Positions 1 to 12,376 of a stretch of DNA of 64,000 nt are shown one piece after another. The number at the start of each line of letters is the position of its first letter. Positions within the stretch are counted from its first letter, which is position 1. The DNA is from Carcharhinus amblyrhynchos (lineage: Eukaryota). The notes under the pieces are model-generated. The model was not told the DNA's origin and ran no database searches. It saw nothing but the letters and a program-made list of their open reading frames with translations. A program made the position numbers and the translations under genes. The stretch lies in the NCBI GenBank assembly GCA_965287045.1, contig OZ336878.1:56482001-56546000 (forward strand), in the 5' to 3' direction.

Positions 1-765
1 TACTAGTGTCGTGATTTTTGATTTCTTCAAAGGGGAAAATAAATCTGCACCTCCTGCATTTTTGACCAAATCAGAATTTAGTATTTCCAGTGTAGTAGTC
101 GTTGTTGGAATATCATTGAAGAGCTCGATCAATAATTGTACTTTCTGTCCAAACTGGAAATCAAAAGAAAGCTTTTCTACATTTTGCAAGGCATTAAGTG
201 TTCCAGGTTCATATACCTGCAAATCTCCTGTAACTAAGTAAACTTCCTTAAGTGGGATTCCACGAAGTGCAGATAAGGAATTGGACTTCAAGGAAGAAAG
301 GCGAGCGTTTCCAAAGTGTAGAGAATACAGGTTCTGTAGTTTGTTGATTTCTGCTCCAAAGTCAGCTGTATCAAACATGTTGTTAGTGATATCAAGGTGT
401 GTTAGTGACTGGAGATGATTAAATGGCAAGGCTGAAATATCATGCAAAAAATTATTTGAAAGATCAAGATACCTTAGTTCTGAATTTTTTGAAAATGATC
501 CAGGTTCTATGTCAGTGATGTGATTGAATTGAAGAAAAAGTTTTTTCAGCTTGGTGAAATTCTGGAAACTCTGCTGTTGAATTATTCTGATGCTGTTGTA
601 AGACAAGTCCAACATCTCTACATCTGGTGCCAGGATACAATGAGAAAGTGGATAGCCAATTCCTGAGCAATTTACTAAAGAAGTATCTATCCTCTTTGGT
701 ATTGCAGAACAACCAACCATAAATAGAATACTTGTCAATATAGCACCTGCTCCGAGATGTGTCAT
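1..765 (-). CDS. Toll-like receptor, TLR1/2 family (TLR2/18/25/27-like), N-terminal ectodomain; partial, continues beyond window start
   Basis: Open frame from ATG 765 to position 1: MTHLGAGAILTSILFMVGCSA (signal peptide), then LDLSYNSI, LFLQFNHI, LDLSNNFL, LDITNNMF (LRRs) and LQVYEPGTL (resembles TLR2 LQSYEPKSL). An alternative in-frame ATG lies at 810. A splice acceptor (tttgtcttttaacag) precedes 847. The TIR domain is not visible in the window. Confidence 0.85.
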   Translation of the reverse strand, partial: MTHLGAGAILTSILFMVGCSAIPKRIDTSLVNCSGIGYPLSHCILAPDVEMLDLSYNSIRIIQQQSFQNFTKLKKLFLQFNHITDIEPGSFSKNSELRYLDLSNNFLHDISALPFNHLQSLTHLDITNNMFDTADFGAEINKLQNLYSLHFGNARLSSLKSNSLSALRGIPLKEVYLVTGDLQVYEPGTLNALQNVEKLSFDFQFGQKVQLLIELFNDIPTTTTTLEILNSDLVKNAGGADLFSPLKKSKITTLV

Positions 766-1094
766 CTTGGCCTTGATATCTGTGAAGTAAATTCTGCTTC
801 CAAGTAACATCTCCTCTATTCACGCACTGGCCATTTTCAAACGCACCCTGTTAAAAGACAAATATGAATAATGATAAATCTGGCCTTGATGTTAAAGAAG
901 GTATTAGCAGCACCATATTCAGTGCAATCCTGGTCCTATTAAAAAAAAATCCAGACACCAGTCACCCAAACTCTGATAACTTACTTCTTTTTGTTTGAGT
1001 CTTAGATGCTAAGTGGCTCTGCGCTAGGCACTATGATAATCAGAAATGGATGAGGTGTTGTTGATGATAGTGTTTTGGGTGGTTTTAGCCAAGA

Positions 1095-2630
1095 TTAAAC
1101 ATCAAAAATTTAAAGAACAAGAGGCCATTTGGTCCACCATATCTATGGCTGAACAAGAACTTTTAGCATTATCCTATCTTGCACCTTTTAAAATCCATAG
1201 CCATTTAGGTTACAGGACTTCAACTGCATGCTCAAGTTCTTTAGGATGCAAGTTCTGTACTACCATCATTTCAGTAATTGAACTTCAATGCTGATGGCTC
1301 TCTGGGTGAAAATGCTTCTCCTCAACTGCCCTCTAATCCTTCTTTAAAGCTATTCCCTTGATTAATGACTCCTCTGCTAAGAGAATTTAGCATTCTATCT
1401 AGACATATGAGACCTACTCTGTACCAAAGAAAGCAATCTAGCCTATTTAATCTTTTCACATAGCTAAAATTCACCATTCCTGGCAACATCCTTGTAAATC
1501 TCCTCACTACCGTCTTGCTCATTCTTTTGTAAACACATTCTTCTTGCATAATATGATCAGAGCTGCACTCAGTATTCTAGCTGAGGCCTGACTAGTGTTT
1601 TATACAGATCCTGTAACGTCTTTGTTCTTACCTTTATCAGCCAAGGCACAGAATGTAAGTATTCCCTTAATCACCTTCTCTATTTGGCTCACTACAATCA
1701 GGGATCTGTGTACTTGCAATCCAAAGTCCCTCTGTTCCACCACACTTCTTAGCATCCTACTATTCATTGTGTACTCTCTTGCCTTCTCTTTCCAAAATTG
1801 CCTTGTCATTTGCCACTCTTAGGTCCTACAATCTATATTGATTGTCCTTACTATCAACCACAGTGCCTTTTTTTAATATCATCAACAAACTTCTCAAACA
1901 TGATTCCTTCATTTAATCTAAGTTGTTGATATATAGCACAAAAATCTAGGACCTAATATGGAACCCTTCAGAATTCCACTGGAAACCACCTTCCAGTCAG
2001 AAAAATCACCCATCAACCATTACCCTTTGTTTCCTGCCATTGCACAGTATTTGATCCAACTTTCCACTTTCCTTTGGAACTCATGGATTTCTACTTCTTT
2101 GACCGGTTTGCTGTTTGAATCTTTTTCCAATGGTCAAACTTGCAAAATCTATGTACCCGACAACAAATATGTCACCTACGTCAAGGCTCCTTCCTCAAGA
2201 AAAATTCAAGTCACTCACAGGCTTCTGTTAACAAATCCATGCGAATTGTCATTGATTAATCTGTGCTCTGCTGAATGGTGATTAATACCTCCCCTCAGAT
2301 GTTTGTCCAATAATTTGTCCACCAAGGTAAGGAAACTGTTCTGTAATTACAACATTATCTTTCCTTTTTAAACAATGGTATGACATTACTGGTCTTGCAG
2401 CCCTCTGGTACCACGGCTGTAGTCAGAGAGAATTGGAAAATGGTGGTTAAGAGCCTCCTCCCCCAAAATTATTTCCTTCCTTGCTTCTTTTAGCAGCTGG
2501 GAATACATTTCACCTGGGCCTGCCAAATCATATAGATACAAAGATGCTACACCCCTTAACATTTCCTCTCTCTCTGTTTATCCCATCCAATATTTCTCAC
2601 TCCTCCTCCTCAACTACAATATCTGCATCA
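1095..2630 (-). mobile_element. Degenerate CR1-type LINE, 3' part
   Basis: Minus-strand frames VVRRFTRMLPGM and EQRDFGLQVHRSL; CR1-like tail near 1110. Confidence 0.8.
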
Positions 2631-2632
2631 AG

Positions 2633-3814
2633 AGGGTGGAATTTTAACTGTGGCATGCTGCTTCTGATGGCGTAACCCCAACTGTGAGCCATTTCCACTC
2701 TCTTGCCCTTGTTTCCCACACAGTTCTAATTATAAACGTAAGCATTGGTAGTGTGTATGGGACACGGGAGAGAAGCTTTGCATTGGTCAAACCCATCATC
2801 AGCAGACAGTGCTGCAGCTACTGGTAGGCTGCAAAAGAGCTTCCTGGACAAAAGCCACAATTTGGCTGCCAAATGCCAACACCTGTTTTCTATGATGCCT
2901 GTCTTGGATGGCTGCATCCCGACCAGTTGCTCTGCTGGTGCTGCCTGCTACTGTTGTTGCAGCCTTTGTTGTTGACTGGCAAGAGCCTTCCTTTGTTGCA
3001 CCCTCTTCTCCTGAGGTTGTAGGAATATTGGGTGTATGACAGCCATTGATATTCTAGCAATTGAACTGTGTGAAGCAGGCAGACAACTTTATGAGAACAC
3101 ATGTCCATGGAAAAAAAATCCATGGAATGGATGAGTATTGAGATTTTCAACATCTTTCATTGTCCACAAACAAAACTCGCACTGGGTCCTCCCACTTCCA
3201 TCTCCAGGCCTGGCATCATATGTGCTTCTGGAGACGTAATGAAGCTGGTCATTGTAAGATTTGTAATAAAATCTATTACCCTTCCTGTTTCTCCTATCAC
3301 CTTCAAGCTTGTCCCCACTGACCACCCCAGCATAACCAATACAATAGGCCCTTCCTTCTACTCCTTAATACCACGGACCACACATTTTATTTCATTGGAC
3401 CTTTCTTTCACTCCTCTATGCCCCCTATGGCACACCCCACCCTCAGCACGATTCATGCAAACTGCCATTCTCTTGCACCACTCCCTTGTGCCACAGAGTT
3501 CAGCAAAGAAAACCAATGATCTCTGACACAACTGCACAAATCCAACTGCATGTTACCTTTAAACTAACGTGAACCAGGTGCCAAGAGGTTTTCATATGCT
3601 GCTGACCTTATCTTGACGGTAGGATGTAATTACAAAATGTTTCACGCTAATGAGTAATCATGGAAGGTGAATATATTACAGTTACAAACCTGACATGCCC
3701 CACAAACATGCCACTGACTTAATCTTTGTATTTCAGCTTACTGTCAGGAATTTTGGCTTTGCCTAATTCAGACACTGTGCTGCTCACTCTTGCAGGCTCC
3801 ATAAATTCTCCCCC
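2633..3814 (-). mobile_element. Degenerate Harbinger/PIF-like DNA transposon
   Basis: Ends agggtggaatttt ... aaattctccccc form imperfect TIRs. The interior shows weak similarity to the Harbinger remnant at 58.4-60.2 kb. Confidence 0.4.
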
Positions 3815-3854
3815 TGAGTATTAATTAAGAACCATGCTTACACCTTCTGTCTCC

Positions 3855-4638
3855 TGTTATGGTTCAGGTCAGAAACTCCTAAGTTTTATGGTGCCTGTCT
3901 GGCTCATAAGTTTTGCACCTTGAATTTGATTAGGATAAGCAAATGGCTCAGGTATGATTCAAATGACCCACTAAGGAGCTTTTATCAAACAAAGTTTATT
4001 TAAGAATATAGTTAACATGTGTAGTAAGAATATTAGCAAGAACTGTTATCAATTACAAACAAACCAACCACAATAATGTATAAGCCTTATATCTATCTAA
4101 GACATTCCAATCAAACCAAAACTTCCCCTAGACAAAACCCTTCCACAGGTTTAACACAGCAAAGGCTAATGCTCACGTGATACTGGAATTGAGTCCTTTG
4201 GTTGAATGATACAGTCCTCTTGAAACACTCAGAAGAGTTTGCATCTGATCAGCTTCCCTGAACACCAGAGAGAAACTCCGGTCAAGCCAGTGACAGCAGA
4301 CTTTCTACTCCAGGAAGGCTTTCAGCTTAACTAGCAGAATTTCCCAAAACCAGGGAGAGAAAGAGAGAGACTTCTTTCCAACTTCCCTCTGAAACTAAAA
4401 CCCGCAGCTCAGAACTGAAAATGGAAGAGATCCTGTCATCTGCAAACATGCTTCCTCCTGACAATGATCCGGCACAAAACTAATTCCTTTAGTAAAAATA
4501 AACAATCCGCATTTAAGCCACATAAGGAGCAATGAAAGGACTCCTTGTAGGCAGCTCGCACCAATGACATTAACTAAGGATATGAGTTACTGAGAACATG
4601 ATTTTTAAAAAACTCTTAGAAGATACACTAATGTCACA
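3855..4638 (-). mobile_element. Solo LTR (Gypsy-type)
   Basis: TG...CA termini, 4-bp TSD CTCC at 3851-3854 and 4639-4642, AATAAA on the minus strand near 3995. Confidence 0.7.
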
Positions 4639-5361
4639 CTCCATATAGATGTTCCCTGCTTGGCCTCTAACTCTTTCTGTAGTTATCTGTTTGCTCTTTA
4701 CTGAATCTTCACAATATCCTTGATTTTACTTGCCAATATTTTTTCAAGTTGCCTCTTTGTTTTCTCAATGCCCTTTTTAATTCACTCATGTATTTTCCAT
4801 AGTCCTCTAGGCATTCTGCAGTTTTGAGGTCTCGGGAGCTGATGTAAGTTTTCTTTTATATCTGACAATTGTATCATAGAACTGAGATTTTGATTAACTT
4901 TACAAAATTATTGTGAACAAGTTAAATGTATATACACAGATCAGATAAGTTGATTTCGTGATTTTGTACTTGCCTCGCAAACTCTACTTCAGAATAAACA
5001 AGTAACTCATTTTTGATGGTGAAACATCAAAGCCTATTTATATCGTCAGACTGTAGGATGTGGGTCCACAACGTTTATGTTCTTATCAGGCGGAGAAGCC
5101 AATAGGTGCCATTAATCCAAATGATAACAAATTATACAAAGACCATCTGTACAATTGTTTTTCAGTAAAACTCATGTTGCTGACAAAGCTAGTGTCAATC
5201 CTGGACACTCTGACTATCATTCCCTCAAATGTGAACAAAGTTGCTATTAACTTTTCACAGTTTTGGTGGGCTTCAATAGGAATTTAAAGTATTGTGAGAC
5301 TTACGTTATCATTTCATTTTGACTTGCACCTTAATTTTCTGTCCACTGCAGCACTGGAAAT

Positions 5362-5552
5362 AGAAAACAGGAAATGCTGGAAAACCTCAGCAGGTCTGAC
5401 AGCACTTGTGGGGAGAGAATGGAACCAACGTTTTGAGTCTGGATGGCCCTTAGAGCATCCAGACTCAAAACAGGTGCTGTCAGATCTGCTGAGATTTTCC
5501 AGCACTTTCTGTTTTTGTTTTAGATTCCAGCATCGGCAGTATTTTGCTTTTA
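5362..5552. repeat. Palindromic shark repeat of the Penelope terminal-repeat type
   Basis: aaacaggaaatgctggaaaacctcagcaggtctgacagcac pairs with gtgctgtcagatctgctgagattttccagcactttctgttt; inner arm gttttgagtctggatg/catccagactcaaaac. Confidence 0.65.
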
Positions 5553-6484
5553 CCAATGTCATAGACATACAATTCGAATTATGTAATTTTTCTGGGAATT
5601 CTGAGCTATTGACTTTAAGGATTTAACTACAGCTCCCACTTTCTATTTAGGGAAGTTCTGCCGGTGTGAGATGGGATTACACCTTTCCTGTTGACCTGGT
5701 TTTCATTTTCTGCTCCCGCTCAGTGTTTTGTGCTTGTGCACGATTTCTATTTGACCTTTTCTCCCTTTGTTATCCTCTTTTGTCTTACATATCTTTAATT
5801 TCAACCATTGCATCTCCCGTTGCCTCAGTCAAGGTATCATCTTAGCCCTTTATTCAAATCACGTTTTTCACTTAGGCTCTTGAAATCTTAAAGGAAAGAG
5901 GGAGGCTTTTCGGCCTATCGTATTTGTGCCAGCTGGGTGCAAGGAGCTATCTAACGAGTCCCACTCCCCTGCTCTTTCATCACAGCCTTGCCAGTTTCTT
6001 AATTACACTGTTGTTCACCTAAGAAATAGAAGGAAGTTCGTTGTTGGATGTGAACAATTTTCAGTTACTTTTCTGAACGTTATCTTGCTGAGCTTTCGCT
6101 TGACTTCAAGTCCAGTCCTTCAAAATTGGGAGACCATTTTCTTGAATTGCAGTAGGTTTTCCATTTTAGTGGGCAGCATCTCCGTGTTTGGACATACGTC
6201 AATCTATTGCCATTTATTGGCACACGCGGAACTATCTTCAAATTGATCCCGTTGTGATCTTTGTCCAGTCATTGAAGCTGATTTCACTCTCCGCCTTATA
6301 CTCACTTTGTCACTAATCTGAACTAAAGCGCACAGATTGCTGTAGAAAGGACCCTGCGGTGGCAGTGCTACCTGTTCAAGATGCACGTTATCCTCTAGGT
6401 TCCCGTTTCCTCCAGCGACGTCCCGAAACTGCCTGCTGATATTTCCGAAATTGCCCAACACTCGTCCAAATCGAAAAGACTCAC

Positions 6485-6560
6485 CTTGTGTGGCTTGCAA
6501 AAGTCACACAATTTGCAAAAAACATAACTCCTCTTCTGCTTGATAAGCAATAGTTTGAGT
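6485..6560 (-). other. Putative non-coding first exon of the TLR gene (5' boundary approximate)
   Basis: Consensus donor AAG|GTGAGT at 6485/6484 next to a locally CpG-rich stretch (~6180-6480). TLR1/2-family genes typically have non-coding 5' exons. Confidence 0.35.
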
Positions 6561-7009
6561 ATAAGGAAATTAGTTTTAACAACTAGTTCTTATGAAGGAG
6601 TATGGGGTGGTTTGATGCACAGAAACACGTCACCGCATGCACCTTTTGTCTCCTCCTCCTGAGTGATACAGTCCAGACCATTCGACCCACCCTGCCTGAA
6701 TCCTACCTTGCAAGAACTACTCTACAAGAACTGCAAGAATTAATTCCATTCTACTCCTCTTCCTCGTTTCTCTGCATGCTAATTTCTTCTTTTCAAATTT
6801 TGAAAGTTATTATTAATCTATTTCCCTCACTCATCACAATCCAGGCCATAACTTGCTGCGTAACATAAAGTTTCATTCCCCTTTTTGTTTGATTCCTTTG
6901 CCAATTTTCTTCAATCTGTTAAATTTATTTTAGCAATTCAAAATGTGAATATATAGATTCATAGTTGATTTATAAACCTAAACAGTGGTATCCTTAATGT
7001 CCTAACTGG

Positions 7010-7375
7010 AGAGTAGTTTCATCAATGTAGTTTATATGGATTTCAGCAAAGCCTTGACAAGGTCCTACATGGGAGACTTGTAAAAAAGGTAAGTTTACAG
7101 GGGATACAAGGTCATTTGATAAAGTAGATTCAAAATTGGGTCAGTTGTAGGAGACAGAGGGTGATGTAAAAACACTGCTTTAGTGACTGAAAGTTAGTGT
7201 CCAGTGGCATACCATAGGGAATCTGTGGTGGGACCCCTAATATTCATCATTTATATAAATGACACTGATGACTACGTGGGGTTGGGTGGGTCAGGATTAG
7301 TAATTTTGCAGATGACACAAAGATTGATCGGGTGGTTAACAGTGAGGTGGTATGCCTTGGGCTATGAGAAGATGT
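7010..7375 (+). mobile_element. CR1 RT fragment
   Basis: Degenerate VYMDFSKA.DKV, GSVVGPL and FADDTK motifs. Confidence 0.8.
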
Positions 7376-7780
7376 AACAAAGAACAAAGAAAATTACAGC
7401 ACAGGAACATCCCTCCTATATCTCCCAACATGAACCTTATAGTTATACCCCCTAGTAACAGCTACACCCAAGGAAATAGTCTCTGCGTGTCCACTTTATC
7501 TATTCCCCTCATCATCTTATAAACCTCTATTAAGTCACCTCTCATCCTCCTCTGCTCTAAAGAGAAGAGCCCCAACTCCCTCAACCTTTCCTCATAAGAC
7601 CTACCCTCCAAACCAGGCAGCATCCTGGTAAATCTTGTCTGCACTCTCTCCAATGCTTCCACACCCTCCTTATAACGAGGTGACCAAAACTGCACGCAAT
7701 ATTCCAAATGTGGTCTCACCAATGTCCGGTATAGTTGCAGCATAACCCCAGGGCCCTTAAACTCAAACCCCCTGTTAATC
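7376..7780 (-). mobile_element. CR1/HER1 3' fragment
   Basis: ORF 7462-7743 LYRTLVRPHLEYCVQFWSP; ctttgtt-type tail at ~7376-7410. Confidence 0.85.
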
Positions 7781-7959
7781 AGACAAGTTATTGTGATCTA
7801 TTTTGATTGACATTTGACAGTTCCATAATCTTCCTAAAATTAATTTATTTCAAAACCAGAGGCCTGTCTTATTTTCTTCTCTGTCTTATTATGTAATCCA
7901 GAATTGTCAAATTTACTCTGTTCACTTAAACATTGAGGGTGACTGGGGATGTGGAGCAA

Positions 7960-8380
7960 GAGACCAGAGCAGAGCAATATCAGTGATTTACAGCAGACAG
8001 AGAGAATCAGAAGCATGCAAAGACAGAGAGAAGGGCAGAGCAAGGAAGAATGAGACAGTCAGAAATTGAGAGAAACACAGAGACCCAGAAACAAGCAGCG
8101 ACTGAAAGTGACACATATAAAGAACAGAAGACCGAGAGAAAAATAGGACACACATAGGGGAGAGAGAGAGAGAGAGAGATACAAGCAGAAACTCTAAGAG
8201 ACAGAGATCAAGACACACACAATGAGAGGGAGACACACAAAGACATGCACAACAGAAGGAAGAAAGAGAACAAACTCATGGAGGCACATACACAGACAAA
8301 AAGAGAGACAAATATGGAGCAACACACACACACACATGCATACATACACACACACACACACACCCCTAGAGAGAAATGCA
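7960..8380. repeat. Degenerate (AG)n/(AC)n low-complexity tract
   Basis: Runs of agagag and acacac; a similar tract lies at ~9390-9540. Confidence 0.8.
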
Positions 8381-8384
8381 CACG

Positions 8385-9370
8385 CACAAGATAAGGCTGA
8401 AGCATTCACAACACTTTTCAGCCAGCCAGAAGTGCCAGGTGGATGATCCATCTCAACCTCCTCCAGTGTTACAGCTATTAATCTTCAGCCATTTTGATTC
8501 ACTCCATGTGATATTAAGAAATAATAGAAGGCACTGGCTATTGCAAATGCTGTGGGCCCTGACAAAATTCCAGCAATAGTACCAAGAACTTGTGCTCCAG
8601 AATTTGCCGTGCTCCAGAATTTGCCATGCTCCTATCCAAGCTGTTCCAGTACGGCTGTAACAGTGGCATCCACCTGGCAATGTGGAAACCTGCCCAAGCA
8701 TGTCCTATACAAAATAAACAGAACAATTCCATCCTGACCAATTACTGCCCCATTAGTCTACTCTTGGTCATCAGTAAAATGATGTAAGGGGTCATAAACA
8801 ATGCTATCCCTTTGCTTAGCAATAAACTGCTCAGTGATTCTCAATTTGGGTCCTGCTAGGGTCACTCAGCTCTTGACCTTATTACAGATTTGGTTCAAAC
8901 ATGAGCAAAAGAGCTGAACTCCAGGCATGAGGTGAGAATGACTGCCTTTGACATCAAGGCTGCATTTGACTGAGAATGGCATCAAGGAGCCTCGGCAAAA
9001 CTGGAGTCAATGGGAATCGGAGGGAAAACCCCCCATTGGTTGGACTCATACCTGGCACAAAAGAAAATGATAATGGTGGTTGGAGGGCAACCATCGCAAC
9101 TTCAGGATATCAGTGCAGCAGTTCTTCAGGATAGAATCCTAGGCCCAACCATCTTCAGCTGCTTCATCATGACCTGCTTTCCAAGATAAGGTCAGAAATG
9201 GGGATGTTGGTTGATGACTGCACAATGTTCAGCACCTTTTCCATTCTCCTCAGATACTGAAGCAGGCCCTCTCCAAATAATATCCAGGCTTGGCCTGACA
9301 AGTGGCAAATTACATTCATGCCACACAAGTGCCAGGCAATGACCATCTCAAACACGAGCCCAACTAACCA
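8385..9370 (+). mobile_element. CR1/L2-clade LINE RT fragment (second family)
   Basis: GPDKIPAIVPRTCAPEFA, KLFQYGCNSGI, NYCPISLL, DIKAAFD, QDRILGP; disrupted by stops and frameshifts. Confidence 0.75.
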
Positions 9371-9729
9371 TCAGATCTTGGCATTCACATGCACAGACAG
9401 AAAGAAATAGACAGAGAGAGAGAGAGACAGATACAGAAAGGGATGCAGACAGCGAGCGAGAGAGACAGATACAGACAGGCATCCAGACAGTAAGAGTAGC
9501 ACAGACACAGGTGCATAGATAGAAAGCGACAAACACAGAGAGCTTTTCAAACTGCTACCTAGCTCCCTAGATTCTTGTTGTAGGACCTTATCCTTATGTT
9601 GTTGGTACCAATGTGAAGTGAACCATGACCTCTGACTGTTCACCCTCTCCCTTTAGAATGTCCTGCAGCACTTGCCCCTGGCACCAGGGAGGCAACACAT
9701 CATCTTAGAGTCATGTCCGCTGCCACAGA

Positions 9730-10175
9730 AATGGATGGTGAGGACCTGGGATGGTGAGCAGGGAAGAGGTAAAGGGGTAAGTGTTGCACCCTCTATGATT
9801 GCATGGGAAGGTGCCACGAGTAGGGGGTGAGGTGTTGGGTATGACGGAGGAGTGGATCAGGGTGTCCCGTAGGGAACAATCCCTGTACAATGCTGACAGG
9901 GAGACTGAAGGGAAGATGTGTTGAGTGGTGGCATCATGCTGAAGTTGGCGGAAGTGGTGCAGGATGAGCTTTTGAGTCCAGAGGCTGTCAGGGTGAAAAG
10001 TGAGGGCAAGGGGATCCTATCCTGGTTCCAGGAAGGAGGGGAGGGGGTGAGAGCAGTGGCCCGGGAGAATAGGTCAGACGTGGTCGAAACCACGATTGAA
10101 GAAGAAGGAAGACATATCTGCAGTGCTATTTTGAAAAGTGGCATCATCAAAACAGATGCAGCAGAGGGGAAGGAA
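9730..10175 (-). mobile_element. Penelope-like element fragment
   Basis: PPSWNQDRIPL; matches the Penelope copy at 23.5-24.6 kb. Confidence 0.7.
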
Positions 10176-11477
10176 GTGAGAAAAATCTATCCTGTCCATC
10201 CAATCATCTATCTAAGTAAAAATATTTGCAAGTTATAGCCCAATATCCTTCCTGTCCCTTTGCAATATGATGAAGCTGATTTTCTGCAGAGTATCCTGCC
10301 CAACCGGTTTTCAAGCTAATTTAAACTAAATTAAATTAAACAACCAATTAAATTGGGGACATTCTGTCACAGATGACTCACATTATGCTAGTCAGAAAAC
10401 AAGATATGTGATATTGGAAACACCTGAGCTTGAGGCCATTGCAAAAAAAGGCTGAAGTAAAATCCATACTTAGATATGAGCCTGTGAATTTTTTTTATCT
10501 TTGTAATCTCCAGTGGAGAGATCAGGCAATTTTCTTACCCCAAGTGCTAGAAGGTGTGGATTAGACATAGGTTTGAGGTAGCCATGGGGACTTCTTATCA
10601 AAATGACTGAACCTATAGGGAGCAATCTTGGATATTGAGCTTCAAATGAAACAATGGCTGGCCTTTCCGTTCCCGTTCTTGTTGGGCAGGTTTGGTGATG
10701 ACTGAAAACGCAAGGCATGTTTGACGTTGGCATTAAAAATTTGCACAGTTGTCCCCTCCCCCATTAGTTGGAGCTGTGTTTTCTGCCTTTGAATGTTGGG
10801 AACCTAATTTGCATCTCACTATTGAGTGTTTTTGTCAGAATCATACACTACCATCAAAAATCCATTCACAGTGGAGTGATATCAGAACAACGCCAAAGCA
10901 CAAGTGGTACCTGGTGTGCAGACCTCAGGGCAATCTAGAGGTGAGCTCGGCCATATTTGGTGGGAGGGGGGTATCGGAGTTTGATTTGGAGGACACCAGG
11001 CTTGACTAGCAGTTACTGGTGTTTGACTGGGAGGGAGATTGGTGGCTTTATGTCAAGCTGGGGCCTAGCCGTGTGAGACCTATGGGTTGACTCAGGGGAG
11101 ACTGTCATGTGTGAAAAGTACCATTCTTGAGGATACTTTTTGCTACTGGGCCATGAGCCTCTTGAAAGGTCCTCACAGTGGGAAGGGAAGCTGGAATGAG
11201 TGCGGTGGGGATGTTGGGAGTCATCACAGACAGATGGTTCCACTTAAATCTGCAATAGTGGCGGCTTCTGGAGATAGCATGTTTTTGAGATCAATACTAA
11301 TTGGAAAAACTTGTCAGTCATCAGTATCCCAGCTGTAACACAATCGACATCACACCCACTTACGTGCCACTTCTGTGTGATAAATATAACCGATGAGATA
11401 TTCCACTCAATCTGCAGTATGTTTCACAGCAGTGGCCTGCCATCGGTTGGTGGAAGGATCTTTTGGCCCTGCCTTTT

Positions 11478-11741
11478 GTCATAGAATCCCTACAATGTAG
11501 GAGGCCGTTCAGCCCATGGAGTCTGCATTGACCACCATCCACCTAGGCCCTATCCCCATAGCCCCATACTAACTAGTGTCCCCTGACGCTAAGGGGCAAT
11601 TTAGCATGGCCAATCCACTTAACCTGCACATCTTTGGACTGTGGGGGGGAAACTGGAGGAAACCCATGCAGACACAGACAGTGACCGATGCCGGGAATTG
11701 AACCTGGTCCTTGCGTAATGAGGCAGCAGTGCTAATCACTG
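11478..11741 (-). mobile_element. HE1/V-SINE
   Basis: tRNA-like head, V-core (gggtttcctccagttt...cacagtccaaagatgtgcaggtt) and CR1-like tail. Confidence 0.8.
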
Positions 11742-11966
11742 GGGTTTCCCATTGATTGCACACCTTGCAGCTGGAAAATGCAGGCGAGGGTGCACTGTTA
11801 GCAGAACTGGAAGATCCCACTGGCATAAACAGCTAGAAAATTGCAGCCAATAATCCAATTAATATCTTGGTAGCCTCAAGTTTTGGTGCATTAGCTTTGT
11901 TAAATGTACCTTAAGATGGCAAAGAAATGAAGTGCTCACTTATAAGGAAGTTAGAAGGGTGTGATC

Positions 11967-11972
11967 TTTATT
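11967..11972 (-). terminator. HMCN1: Candidate HMCN1 polyadenylation signal AATAAA
   Basis: Minus-strand AATAAA about 400 nt after the stop codon. Confidence 0.4.
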
Positions 11973-12376
11973 ATTTGATGTCACACTTCAGCCTTTTGGT
12001 AAAAATAAATGAACCATAGGTAACTGCATAGAAAATACAGAGAATTGCTCATATATACATTTCATAAAAATAGAATACATCTTGATATCTGACTCCCAGA
12101 ACTTGTCATCTTCTCATACAGTGTATTGACTTTAAATGGCTGGTGGCTATTTGGTCTTTGGTTAAGCATTGCTGAGAATGATGATTTGTCTGCCTTGTTC
12201 AAACAACATGCCAGAACAGTGCCTGCTGTCCACAAGCTTCAGATATGCATACTGCCAAAACATAGCACCATTTTAACAAAACTGTATTAGACAATGGCAG
12301 ATTTTAAATATTTGTATCCGGTGGTCCTGACTGCTACTTATTTGGGTGAATAAAAAGTATACTTGTTGAAGTGCTT

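Noticed and set aside
512-823. 103-aa ORF in the track
   Set aside because: Alternative frame overlapping the real TLR coding frame.
7840-8451. Cys/Val/Leu-rich short ORFs
   Set aside because: Translations of (AG)n/(AC)n simple repeats.
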